From IMG/VR virus record IMGVR_UViG_3300045988_117710: 64,000 nt of DNA. The stretch is one strand, 5' to 3'. The stretch's first letter is position 1. Every line of letters begins with the position of its first letter. Made by a program: the position numbers and the translations under genes. Below are positions 37,251 to 46,585 of the stretch, piece by piece. The notes below the pieces were generated by a model. It was given only the letters and a program-made list of their open reading frames with translations. It was not told the DNA's origin and searched no databases. This DNA comes from a virus.

Positions 37251-38723
37251 ATGAAATTATTAAGTAATGACAGACCCTTTGATGTTTGGTCTAAAGCAAC
37301 TAGTATTCTCTATAGAGCTGTGGCGCATACTTTAGGTCCTAATGGTGCTAATACAGCTGTTGTATATGGAGATAGATTAGAATCTAATGCTAAGTTTAAT
37401 ATTATTAATGATGGTAAATCTATTATTGATAATTTAACTAGTGAAGAAGCTGTTGTGGCTTGTGCTTTACAAACATTGAAAGAGTCTGTTCTTTCAACTA
37501 ACAATAATGCAGGTGATGGTACTACTAGTACTATTGTTATGTTGCATGGTTTAGTTTCTGATTTGAATAATTATTTTGATGTTGATAAGGATTCTATTAA
37601 GTTATGTTCATTGGTTAGAAGAATCAAGAAAGAGTTACTTGATATTCTTCCAAGTATTACTGAAGATGTGTCTATTGATGATGTTTTCAATATTGCAACT
37701 ACCAGTTTAGGTTCTGATGAGTATTCTTCTTTGTTTGATGAAGCTTTCAGATTTGTTGGGGAGAATGGTAAGGTTCTTCTTGAGAGAACTACTGGTGATG
37801 AGTGTGTTGTTGAGAAGTTAGATGGTGTTTCTTTTGATCGTGTTGGTCTTGTTGCAGAGTTACTTCTTGATGATATTGGAACTATTAATAAGACAGTTGA
37901 TGCTAGGTCAATTATTCTAGATGGAGATATTTCTTCATTCAGTCAGATATCAAAGATTCTTTTAGCAGGTAAGACATCTGATGTTCCTATTGTAATGTAC
38001 TTTACGAAGATGACTCAAGAGGTTTTCCAATTGATGCTTCAGAATATTGTTAAGTCTGATATGAAGATAATTCCTGTTTCTCTTGAAGGTTATGGTCAAG
38101 AGAAAGTAAGATATATTAAGTTACTTGAATCTGTAATTGGTCATGATGCTGTTAAGATTGGTGACTTGGCTGGGGTTCAAGATTTATCTGATGTGAATCA
38201 TTATATTTTTAATTCTGATGCGATGATGGTTCGTCCATTGGATATGGAGAAATTTGAGGAAGTAAAAGACCAATTAAGGTTGAATATTTCTTCAAAGACT
38301 GCTATTATTAAAGTAGGTGCTGGTAATGCTGTACTCCAAGAGGAATTATTCAAGAGATTTGAAGATGCTGTGTATTCAGTGTCAAATTCTCTTAAATTTG
38401 GTCGTTGTTTAGGGGGAGGGGTTAGTTATATTACTTTGGCAGATAAGTTTGCTGAAGGGGCTGATTCTTCGGTTTCTAGTTGGATTAAGAATGCTATGCG
38501 ATGTGTATACAAGTTGTTACTTGAAAATTGTGATTTGACTTTTGAGGATAATGGTACTTATTTATTACCTAAGTTTGATGCTGAAACTGATTCTTGGTCT
38601 TTGAGTGATGAATTGGTTGTATATGATTCTTATAAGGTAATTGAGCAAGTAGTTTCCAATAGTTTTGATATGTTATACTCAATTCTATCGGTAAAAGCAT
38701 TTATTCTTGATCCAAAACGTTAA
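37251..38723 (+). CDS. GroEL-like chaperonin (Hsp60 family), phage-encoded and C-terminally shortened
   Basis: TLGPNGANTAVV ... NNNAGDGTTSTIVML aligns with GroEL TLGPKGRNVVL ... ANDAAGDGTTTATVLA. GRCLGGGVSYI corresponds to the GroEL VPGGGVAL equatorial motif. 490 aa, with no GGM tail. Confidence 0.7.
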   Translation: MKLLSNDRPFDVWSKATSILYRAVAHTLGPNGANTAVVYGDRLESNAKFNIINDGKSIIDNLTSEEAVVACALQTLKESVLSTNNNAGDGTTSTIVMLHGLVSDLNNYFDVDKDSIKLCSLVRRIKKELLDILPSITEDVSIDDVFNIATTSLGSDEYSSLFDEAFRFVGENGKVLLERTTGDECVVEKLDGVSFDRVGLVAELLLDDIGTINKTVDARSIILDGDISSFSQISKILLAGKTSDVPIVMYFTKMTQEVFQLMLQNIVKSDMKIIPVSLEGYGQEKVRYIKLLESVIGHDAVKIGDLAGVQDLSDVNHYIFNSDAMMVRPLDMEKFEEVKDQLRLNISSKTAIIKVGAGNAVLQEELFKRFEDAVYSVSNSLKFGRCLGGGVSYITLADKFAEGADSSVSSWIKNAMRCVYKLLLENCDLTFEDNGTYLLPKFDAETDSWSLSDELVVYDSYKVIEQVVSNSFDMLYSILSVKAFILDPKR

Positions 38724-38743
38724 TTTTTCAAAAAGTTTACACT

Positions 38744-38780
38744 GAACAAAGTCTTATTTCACTGGGCTTTGTTCTCTTTT
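38744..38780 (+). terminator. Intrinsic terminator (gaacaaag...ctttgttc plus TCTCTTTT)
   Basis: 8-bp stem, 14-nt loop, T-run. Confidence 0.6.
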
Positions 38781-38813
38781 ATGAAAAGTTTTCTAAATTT
38801 TTTGCAAAATTTA

Positions 38814-38842
38814 GTTCACTTTTTTAGAGTTCTAGTGTATAA
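38814..38842 (+). promoter_or_regulatory. Canonical sigma-A-type promoter: TTCACT-N17-(TG)TATAAT, extended -10
   Basis: -35 ttcact at 38814-38819, TG at 38835-38836, tataat at 38837-38842. Preceded by a near-palindrome tctaaattttttgcaaaatttag at 38791-38815. Confidence 0.6.
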
Positions 38843-38897
38843 TGGTTATAGTTGGAGGCAGGTATAACCACTGCACTAACGAGAAAGGTGGTATATT

Positions 38898-39770
38898 ATG
38901 AATACAAATGAACAATTCGGTTATGACAAATTATTGACAAAGGAGGAATTCTACTTAGATGTGATTTATCCCAATATTGTGAAGTCTGCTGGTATCTTTT
39001 ATTTCAAAGAGGAGTATGCAAGAGCCAGAAGAAATGGTAATACTATTGAGGATGTAATCCAACAAACTTTCTTCTATGCTTATAAGCCATTAGTACGTGG
39101 TGGTAAGTATGGCAAAGCTGGAGGAACTATTTATGATTATTATGTGGATAATTATTTCCATGTAAAGAACGGGGATGTTGCACAAGTTCCTATTTATGAA
39201 AAGGATGAGAATGGTAAGAAGGTTGAGACAGGTGAGTATCGTGAAGTTCCTATAACACCTTGCCTTAATACAATTCGTGCTTATATGAATACCTTTGTTA
39301 GAAATGTTTTGGTTGATATGTGTAAGGTAGCAGAGAATCAAAAGACTTTAGTTTCTTTTGATACACCTATTGGTGATGAAGAGGATGGTAGAACTCTTCT
39401 AGATGTTTTCTCTGATACTGAAGATAGCTCTATTAATGAAACTATTGATGATTTTCATATCACTGTTAAGGATACGTTTTTGATTAACACTTATGGTAAA
39501 AAGATTAATATTCTTGATGTTTTATATTCTTTAGAGAGTGGTTCTTCTGTTAAGGATGTATGCAATCAATTTAATTTAAGTACTTATGATGTTCTTAACT
39601 TCTTTAAAGAGAATTTTAATCTAATGCAAGATAGTTTTGATGCTGTTACAGATGTTAGTAGAGTTAAGCTAGAACAAAAGTTACGTCGTGCCAAGAAAGA
39701 ATTGTCTAAAGTTGAAGAAGTAATTTCTGATTATACTTTAGATGCCATCAGGGAGTTTATGTTAAGTTAG
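38898..39770 (+). CDS. Putative phage sigma-like transcription factor
   Basis: C-terminal ILDVLYSLESGSSVKDVCNQFNLSTYDVLNFFKE resembles a sigma-70 region-4 HTH, with a region-2-like aromatic stretch earlier. It has its own canonical promoter, unlike most genes here. Recollection only. Confidence 0.35.
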   Translation: MNTNEQFGYDKLLTKEEFYLDVIYPNIVKSAGIFYFKEEYARARRNGNTIEDVIQQTFFYAYKPLVRGGKYGKAGGTIYDYYVDNYFHVKNGDVAQVPIYEKDENGKKVETGEYREVPITPCLNTIRAYMNTFVRNVLVDMCKVAENQKTLVSFDTPIGDEEDGRTLLDVFSDTEDSSINETIDDFHITVKDTFLINTYGKKINILDVLYSLESGSSVKDVCNQFNLSTYDVLNFFKENFNLMQDSFDAVTDVSRVKLEQKLRRAKKELSKVEEVISDYTLDAIREFMLS

Positions 39771-39798
39771 CAATGATTCATTCATTGCTTTCTTTTTC
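39769..39798 (+). terminator. Intrinsic terminator (agcaatga-ttcat-tcattgct plus T-run) fused to the promoter motif
   Basis: Perfect 8-bp stem then TTCTTTTT. Confidence 0.7.
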
Positions 39799-39805
39799 GT
39801 ATAAT
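39797..39805 (+). promoter_or_regulatory. TCGTATAAT promoter motif
   Basis: Recurring motif. Confidence 0.5.
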
Positions 39806-39825
39806 ACATTGAAAGAGGTGAATTT

Positions 39826-40815
39826 ATGTTATCAATTGAGAAAAGACCTAAGACTTGGGATGAAGTAGTTGGTCAAGATTCTGCTGTTCGTCTTTTGAAA
39901 TCGGTTGTCAAGAATGCCAAGGAAGCTCCTAGGTGTATTATTTTACAAGGTCCTTTTGGTACTGGTAAGACAACTTTAGGTAGAATATTTGCTTCTGCTC
40001 TTAACAAGAATTTATTTACTGGTCCAGTGGATGCTTCACCATTCTATAGTGAGTTTGACTCGAGTGCAGTTGGTAATGTAGCAACTATTAGGGAATTAAG
40101 AGATAGTTTTCATTGGTCTGGTGAGGGGTATCGTGTATTTCTATTCGATGAGATGCAACTTTCTTCTAAACAAGCTCAATCAGCTTTGCTTAAAGTTATT
40201 GAGGAAGTAGAAGATAATTGTTTCTTTATGTTTGCAACTACTGATCCACAGGATTTACTTCCTACTATTATTTCTAGATCTTTGGTTGTACCACTTAATC
40301 TTATTTCTGATGAAGCTTTAAGGGAAAGATTAGATGTTGTTATTGGTGAGCTTAATGTTAATGTTTCTGAAGATGTAAGAAAGTTAATCGTTGAGAAGGC
40401 ACATGGTCATGGTCGTAACCTTATGATGTTATTAGATAATTATCTATTGTTGGGTGAAGAACATTTTCATGAGTTTCTTAAGTCTTCAGTAGATATATTT
40501 GTGGAGTTATTTGTTTCTATATTCAATCATGATTTAACTACTTTTAAGAAGTGTATAGATGATTTACAAACTTTTAGTTTATCTGATTTAAATTCAGATT
40601 ATAATGTTTGTGTTAGTGATATTCTTAAGGGTTGTGTTGGTGCAGAGGTTTCCCATCCTGAAGTTAATAGGATTGTTAATACTTGTAAACCACATTTTGT
40701 TAGATTAGCAAGATTGTTAAGAGATAATGTTGTAACTTCTTGTTTTACAGATCCTGTATCTTTTATGTCAGGAATGTATTTTATTTATGGTTCTATAGCA
40801 GGTGTTTCACGTTAG
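39826..40815 (+). CDS. AAA+ clamp-loader subunit (gp44 / DnaX / RFC-like)
   Basis: WDEVVGQD...ILQGPFGTGKTT (Walker A), LFDEMQ (Walker B), SRS-like sensor; size about 330 aa. Confidence 0.65.
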   Translation: MLSIEKRPKTWDEVVGQDSAVRLLKSVVKNAKEAPRCIILQGPFGTGKTTLGRIFASALNKNLFTGPVDASPFYSEFDSSAVGNVATIRELRDSFHWSGEGYRVFLFDEMQLSSKQAQSALLKVIEEVEDNCFFMFATTDPQDLLPTIISRSLVVPLNLISDEALRERLDVVIGELNVNVSEDVRKLIVEKAHGHGRNLMMLLDNYLLLGEEHFHEFLKSSVDIFVELFVSIFNHDLTTFKKCIDDLQTFSLSDLNSDYNVCVSDILKGCVGAEVSHPEVNRIVNTCKPHFVRLARLLRDNVVTSCFTDPVSFMSGMYFIYGSIAGVSR

Positions 40816-40821
40816 AAAGGA

Positions 40822-41364
40822 GTGTCGATGATTAATTGGAAGAAATTACATGAGTCATCTTATGCAGATATTTTGTATAATGTTTCAGAGGTAATATTTA
40901 ATATGTATTACAGTAATTATCCTCGAACTCTTTTCGAAGATATGCAACAATTTATGATTTATAAGATGGTGAATGTAATTAGTACAACTGGTGTTGATAC
41001 TATGAGGTCTTTAAGAAATTATTTAATGATGATTTCTAGAAATGGTGGTTCTATGTATTTGTATCATGATAATAAGACTTCTAATTTAGTTGAGTTGACT
41101 GATTTGAATGCTCCGTCAGTTGATTTTGCATATGTAGATGAGTTATCTAGTAAGGATGTATATTCTATTACTTCTAGATATCTTGATTTAGGAGATTACA
41201 CTATACTTATTATGGATACTCTTAAGGATTATGGTGTTACTTTTGATTCTTGGTATTCTGATAATGTAGTTAGTGAACCGTTAACTGATGTGGATATGGA
41301 TATTTTCTATATGCTCAGAGGTATGGTTATTTGGAAATTAGCAAAGGTAGGTGATTTATCGTGA
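40822..41364 (+). CDS. Hypothetical protein (possible clamp-loader small subunit, by position only)
   Basis: AAAGGAG RBS; 180 aa, comparable to T4 gp62 in size and position. Confidence 0.4.
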   Translation: MSMINWKKLHESSYADILYNVSEVIFNMYYSNYPRTLFEDMQQFMIYKMVNVISTTGVDTMRSLRNYLMMISRNGGSMYLYHDNKTSNLVELTDLNAPSVDFAYVDELSSKDVYSITSRYLDLGDYTILIMDTLKDYGVTFDSWYSDNVVSEPLTDVDMDIFYMLRGMVIWKLAKVGDLS

Positions 41365-41846
41365 ATGATTCAAATTTTAAAATAGAGAATGCTGGGTTAC
41401 TAGTTAGCTACAGAGATTTGACTAAGGAAGATTTAGATGTCTTTATTCAACAGTTCTCTAGTGATAAGGGTGTTATTTATAGATTTATTGCAGATTTGTT
41501 AGAGTCTCCTGATAACTTTTTACAATTTATAGATGTTCTATCTTCGAAGTCTATTAAAGTTCCTTCTATTAATCAATCTTTAAAGATTTTAGAGGAAATT
41601 AGGATTTGGAGATATTTAAGAAATAGAGAGATTACTTACAATGTTCTTAAAGCATGTTCTAATGCTTTTAAGGATAGTGAGTCTATTATTAAAGCTACTC
41701 CTAAGAGATGTTATGACATCTTTATTAAGATGGAGAGTTTATATGGTGATAAGTCTTTAGTAGAGAAGTATCAAGAGTATCCAAAGTCTAAAGGTGTTAA
41801 AGAAGTTTCTGATGAAGATGATTCAGAAGAGTCTGAAAACCTTTAG
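41361..41846 (+). CDS. Hypothetical protein with an acidic C-terminus
   Basis: Start overlaps the upstream stop. Confidence 0.4.
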   Translation: MNDSNFKIENAGLLVSYRDLTKEDLDVFIQQFSSDKGVIYRFIADLLESPDNFLQFIDVLSSKSIKVPSINQSLKILEEIRIWRYLRNREITYNVLKACSNAFKDSESIIKATPKRCYDIFIKMESLYGDKSLVEKYQEYPKSKGVKEVSDEDDSEESENL

Positions 41847-41926
41847 ACTTTCTTCGTATAAATATTTAGTTGGTATAGGTTTATGTAACTTTAGCCGAAA
41901 AGTTATAGAGGGAAGAGGTGTATATT

Positions 41927-44416
41927 ATGGCTCAAAATAGTCAAGCATATCAACATTATATTCATGATGTTCCTGTGGATCCTGGTTTTCCTAGGGATTT
42001 TAAATTTATACTTGTAGAGAGTATAGAACAACTTCGTGAGTTGTTGTCTGAACCAGTTAATTTATTTGGTTTCGATATTGAAACTACAGGTCTTAATTCA
42101 GAGACTGATGATATAGTTTCATTTAGTTTTTGTAAGGAATCTCATGTTGGTTACAATGTTCCTGTTGACCACGATCCTGTTGTTAATGGTGGTAATCCTG
42201 GTCTTGGTGAGGAAGCATTGGATTTAGTTTATGAATTTATGAGAGATAAAGCAAGATGGGTTGCAATTCACAATTTTGCTTTCGAATCTAGAATGATGGA
42301 GTGGCATGGGTTTACTTCACTAGATGATTATCATAAGAGAATGTGGTTAGGTTTGGAACCTTATGTAGAGAATGAATTCTTTACTCAAGACCAAGTTAGT
42401 CATTGTTTTAAGTATGATATGGGTAAGATTAATTATTTTGATACTATGGTGTCATGTTGGTTGTCTGATACTAATGACCAAAAGACAGGGTTAAAGAAAT
42501 ATGAAGAGAAGTTTCTTGGTTGGCGTTCTAGTTCTTTCGAAGATACTTTAGGAGATAATGTCAATTTTAAGTTTACCAATTATCGTGATCCTTCAATTAT
42601 TGAGTATACTTGTTTGGATGCCATTGGAGCTTTCAATTTGGCAGTTAAAACTAAGAGATTTTATGATGAAGCAAAGACTTCTGGTAAGATTGATATGAAG
42701 TTTATTTATACTATTATGAGAGGTTCTACTTTATTACAGAGATTAGACCCAGTGGTTCTTAAGAATTATGAGGATGAACTTTCTGAACATTTATATAAGT
42801 TAGAGCAAGAGTGTTGGTCTATTGCAGGTCAACCATTTAATCTTAAGTCTCCAAAGGACAAGGCAAGAATCTTTGAATTGTTAGGTTTGAATACTGGTGA
42901 GGTTGGTAAAGCTGGTGTTATGAAGACTGGTAAGGAGTTACTTAACAAACTTAAGAAATCTTTGGATAAGAGTGATCCTAATTACAAGTTATTAGATAAC
43001 ATTACACAGTTTGGTATCTTATCAACTGTTAAGAATACATTTGTTAAGAATTTACTTAATGCTTGTGAGTCTGGTGGTTATCGTGAGAACTTTACTAGAT
43101 TCAATTATAAGACTACTCATGTTCCTACTGGTAGACTTTCAGCTGCTGGTGATAAGAAGAGTTTAGGTTTCTTCTCTGATTTAAATATTCAAAATATTCC
43201 TAAACCACATCCTGCAGATTATCATGCAATTTCTATTCAAGATGCAATGAGATTGAATCCTGAATTAGTTGAGTTAGGTCGTGGAGATGAACCTGGTACA
43301 TTTAAAGATGTTTGGTATTATCAAACATCTAAACGTAATTGTAAGATTGTTAGAATTATGGGTTGGTTGTTTACTCAAGTTTATTGGAAGAATATTGTTG
43401 TTGATGCTGATGGTCGTACAGAGAAGTGGCCTGATGACTTTCCATTCAATAATGAGTTTGAGAATCCGATGATTGAAGAAGGAGCAGACCAACATTTAAA
43501 TATTCGTTCTGCAATGTTACCTTTTGATGACGATGATTATATTTTATCTCTAGACTATTCTGGTCAAGAGTTAAAAGCGGCGGCAATGCTTTCTAGGGAA
43601 CCTGTATGGTTCGATGCTTTCGCTAATGGTGATGATGCTCATAAGCAAACTGCCTATGCAATCTTTGGTAAAGAGAATTATGACAAAGAGAAGAGAAAGC
43701 TTGCTAAGGGATTAAACTTTGGTATTATTTATGGTATGGAAGCATATTCTATTTATTCTAGGGGAATGGCAAAGACTCCAGAGGAAGCAGAAGATTTCTA
43801 TACGAAGTTTAAGGATGGACTTCCTGTACTATTCAATTGGCTTGATTCAGTTGTTCAGGATGGTAAGAATAATGGTACAGTTTATACTATGTTTGGTCGT
43901 CCTAGAAGAGTTAAGTATTGGCTTGATAATGATAACTTTAAGTTTAAAGCATTTGGTGCTCGTACTTGTAAGAATACAGTAGTTCAAGGAACTGGAGCGG
44001 ATATTACAAAGACAGCTCTTAATAGAGTATTTGATAATGTTCTGAATGTTCCTAAGAATAAGACTATTGTTAGATTTATGTCTACAGTTCACGATGAAGT
44101 TAACTATTCTGTTAAGAAGAAGTATTTCTCTAGTGTAGCCAAGACTATCAATAAATTGATGACCATTTGGATTGGTTCTAATGATAGATTCCCATTTGAT
44201 ACTGGTCTAGGTATTGGTTTACGTTGGGGTGAGTTATTTGACTTTGATTATGATAAGAAGACGTTTGATATCCTTCATCCTAAATGGGATCCACTTCCAC
44301 CTAAACCTGTTGAGTATGTAGTTGAGAATTCTGAAGAGGAAGTTGTTGAAGAGATTACTTACGATTTCTCTAAAATGTTTGAAGGATTAGATGAGGAAGG
44401 TTCTAATGAATTCTAG
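41927..44416 (+). CDS. DNA polymerase, family A, with 3'-5' exonuclease domain
   Basis: Exo I FGFDIETTGL; pol motif A DYSGQELKAAAML, motif B RKLAKGLNFGIIYGM, motif C VHDEV. Confidence 0.85.
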   Translation: MAQNSQAYQHYIHDVPVDPGFPRDFKFILVESIEQLRELLSEPVNLFGFDIETTGLNSETDDIVSFSFCKESHVGYNVPVDHDPVVNGGNPGLGEEALDLVYEFMRDKARWVAIHNFAFESRMMEWHGFTSLDDYHKRMWLGLEPYVENEFFTQDQVSHCFKYDMGKINYFDTMVSCWLSDTNDQKTGLKKYEEKFLGWRSSSFEDTLGDNVNFKFTNYRDPSIIEYTCLDAIGAFNLAVKTKRFYDEAKTSGKIDMKFIYTIMRGSTLLQRLDPVVLKNYEDELSEHLYKLEQECWSIAGQPFNLKSPKDKARIFELLGLNTGEVGKAGVMKTGKELLNKLKKSLDKSDPNYKLLDNITQFGILSTVKNTFVKNLLNACESGGYRENFTRFNYKTTHVPTGRLSAAGDKKSLGFFSDLNIQNIPKPHPADYHAISIQDAMRLNPELVELGRGDEPGTFKDVWYYQTSKRNCKIVRIMGWLFTQVYWKNIVVDADGRTEKWPDDFPFNNEFENPMIEEGADQHLNIRSAMLPFDDDDYILSLDYSGQELKAAAMLSREPVWFDAFANGDDAHKQTAYAIFGKENYDKEKRKLAKGLNFGIIYGMEAYSIYSRGMAKTPEEAEDFYTKFKDGLPVLFNWLDSVVQDGKNNGTVYTMFGRPRRVKYWLDNDNFKFKAFGARTCKNTVVQGTGADITKTALNRVFDNVLNVPKNKTIVRFMSTVHDEVNYSVKKKYFSSVAKTINKLMTIWIGSNDRFPFDTGLGIGLRWGELFDFDYDKKTFDILHPKWDPLPPKPVEYVVENSEEEVVEEITYDFSKMFEGLDEEGSNEF

Positions 44417-44771
44417 TCTTGAAGAGATGGTATATGCAAAGATTAAGTCTATTCTAGGTACTAGGATTAAGGTAGTAGATAGGAATAGAACTAATTGTAG
44501 AGGTAAAACTTATATTGGTTTACATCCTAGAGATGGTGAGTATATTCAAGGTTTCAATTATGAAGACTTTTGGGCAGGTTATGGTACTATAGATTGTGTA
44601 GCTTCTAATGAAGGAGTATATGTTAACTTCTATGATGGTCATGGGAAGTGTCACTATGGTCCTTATATAACCAAGTTTACTTTATCTGGTAATATTGATT
44701 ATTTATTGAAAGATTTCTGCAATGAGATATTTAGAAATTTACATATTGTAGCAATTCCAAAGAAGAAGTAA
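44406..44771 (+). CDS. Hypothetical protein
   Basis: GAGGAAGG RBS; overlaps the polA end. Confidence 0.4.
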   Translation: MNSSLEEMVYAKIKSILGTRIKVVDRNRTNCRGKTYIGLHPRDGEYIQGFNYEDFWAGYGTIDCVASNEGVYVNFYDGHGKCHYGPYITKFTLSGNIDYLLKDFCNEIFRNLHIVAIPKKK

Positions 44772-44776
44772 AGTTG

Positions 44777-44804
44777 TTGACATTTAATTTCATTATGGTA
44801 TAAT
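44777..44804 (+). promoter_or_regulatory. Consensus sigma-A promoter TTGACA-N16-TGgTATAAT
   Basis: ttgaca at 44777-44782, tggtataat at 44796-44804. Confidence 0.7.
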
Positions 44805-44852
44805 GATATTAGAATATAAGAGAGATATTCTGATAGGGTATAAAGGATTGTT

Positions 44853-45128
44853 ATGAATGAGAATGTAATTTATAATTTACCTGTAACTGTTGATAATTCC
44901 AAAGAGCGAGGAAGTTTCATGGGACTTTGTCGCTCTTTTTATTGGAAACTTTCAAGAGATTATAGAGAGGTAAGAAGTTGTTTTACTGGCTGTGATGAGG
45001 GTTTTGAGTTAAGAACTAGTGATAAGGATTTATTTGTTAGGGTTTTATTGATTTTGGATTTATCACTTACTTCTTTTACACATTATAGATTTATGAATAC
45101 TTATGTGGTTGTAGTTAACGGATTTTAG
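44853..45128 (+). CDS. Small hypothetical protein (91 aa) or a non-coding RNA locus
   Basis: ATG with an AAGGA RBS; odd amino-acid composition, and a terminator-like hairpin sits inside at 44901-44942. Confidence 0.3.
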   Translation: MNENVIYNLPVTVDNSKERGSFMGLCRSFYWKLSRDYREVRSCFTGCDEGFELRTSDKDLFVRVLLILDLSLTSFTHYRFMNTYVVVVNGF

Positions 45129-45129
45129 T

Positions 45130-45138
45130 TCGTATAAT
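45130..45138 (+). promoter_or_regulatory. TCGTATAAT promoter motif
   Basis: Recurring motif. Confidence 0.45.
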
Positions 45139-45157
45139 ATTGTAAAGAAGGTGTCAT

Positions 45158-46285
45158 ATGAATCAAGGTAGAGAAGAGTTCACTAATTATCAAATTAAGA
45201 AGTATTTAACTTATATGGTTAGTTTTGAGTCTGTTTATAATAAGTATATGGATGATGAGATGCCTGTATCTGGTTCTTGTATGTGTCCGTTTCATGATAA
45301 TGAAAATACGGAAGCTGCCAAGTTTTATCGTGAGAGTAATACTTTGTGGTGTTTTTCTGAAACTCAGTTGTATACTGTTTATGATTTACTTGTAGAGTTT
45401 AATTTAGATCCTGTAGATATTTTTTATAGTCTTTGGGATTCTTATTCAGATGATAGGAAAGAGTTTATTAAGAAACAAGTAGATCAACCATTTACTACAA
45501 AGTGTATGTTTAAGGATTCTCTGATTTCTTTTGAGAAAGATTTAATTTCTTATGATGAGTTATGTTATGATATATTTAATTCTATTGATGGTTTGAGAGA
45601 CCCATTAAATGTTTTGTATAATATATCTAGACCTATTACAGAGAAGAATTTAGATAAGGTCTCTGATTATATTTATTTGGGAGCTTATCCACAGAATGTA
45701 CATATTAGAAATATTACTTCTGGTGAAATTATTAATTATACAAAGTCTTTGTCTAAGGTTATGGTTTCATTTATTAAAGAACAGAATGATGTTACTATTA
45801 TTTTCAATATGTATAAGGACCAACCTATTGGTGCAACGATGCGTGGGAATAGGAAGAAGGAATTTAGAGATATAGGTAATACTGGAGGTATCTTCTATAA
45901 CTTACTTAATTTGAAAGATTTCAAGAGAGGAGATCCAATATTCCTTGTTGAAGGGCCTAAAGATTGTGAAGCATTCAATGTTTTCTTTAAAGGGTATCAT
46001 TGTTTGTCTTTGATGACTTCGAATCTCACAACGGCTCAACAATTGGTTTTAAGGGCTCTTACAGATAAGATTGTGTTGTGTTTGGATAATGATAGTGTTG
46101 GTATTGAATCAACGACAAAGTTTATTAAGAAGAATTCAGTGTATTTTGATATCAGACCAATAACATTTCCACCTGGGGTTAAGGATTTTGGAGATTTGAT
46201 TACTTTATATAGAAAGAATAAAGATTCTTTTAAAACTGTGTATAAGAATATCAAATCTCAATTGTCTAGAATAGATTTCGTATAG
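45158..46285 (+). CDS. DnaG-type DNA primase (CHC2 zinc finger plus TOPRIM)
   Basis: CMCPFHDNENTEAAKF...CFSE zinc finger (CPFH hallmark); TOPRIM LVEGPKDCE and CLDNDSVG. Confidence 0.75.
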   Translation: MNQGREEFTNYQIKKYLTYMVSFESVYNKYMDDEMPVSGSCMCPFHDNENTEAAKFYRESNTLWCFSETQLYTVYDLLVEFNLDPVDIFYSLWDSYSDDRKEFIKKQVDQPFTTKCMFKDSLISFEKDLISYDELCYDIFNSIDGLRDPLNVLYNISRPITEKNLDKVSDYIYLGAYPQNVHIRNITSGEIINYTKSLSKVMVSFIKEQNDVTIIFNMYKDQPIGATMRGNRKKEFRDIGNTGGIFYNLLNLKDFKRGDPIFLVEGPKDCEAFNVFFKGYHCLSLMTSNLTTAQQLVLRALTDKIVLCLDNDSVGIESTTKFIKKNSVYFDIRPITFPPGVKDFGDLITLYRKNKDSFKTVYKNIKSQLSRIDFV

Positions 46286-46310
46286 TATATGTGAAAGGAG
46301 AGATAGTATC

Positions 46311-46559
46311 ATGAATGAAGTTGTAGAGAAAATTGTTTCAACTACTGAAGTCAATGCAAACGATGTTAAAGTAGTTATCAAAGCTTTTCTTGATGAAGTT
46401 CAAAAAGGAGTTTCATTAACAGGATACTTCACTAGTTCAATTGTTGAAGTACCTGCCAAGAGTGGAGTTACTAAACTAGGTGGAACTGAGAAAGCTTGGT
46501 CTAAACCTGCTCATAAAGAATTAAAGATTAAACTTGCTAAAAGTTATAAGAATCTATAA
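46311..46559 (+). CDS. HU/IHF-like DNA-binding protein (TF1-like)
   Basis: 82 aa; GYFTSSIVEVPAKSGVTKLGGTEKAWSKPAHKELKIK parallels the HU beta-arm region (GFGTF..R.AR.GRNP.TGE.I.I.A..VP.FK.GK). Confidence 0.55.
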   Translation: MNEVVEKIVSTTEVNANDVKVVIKAFLDEVQKGVSLTGYFTSSIVEVPAKSGVTKLGGTEKAWSKPAHKELKIKLAKSYKNL

Positions 46560-46585
46560 TTCTGATTAATCATTTGTATTCATTT

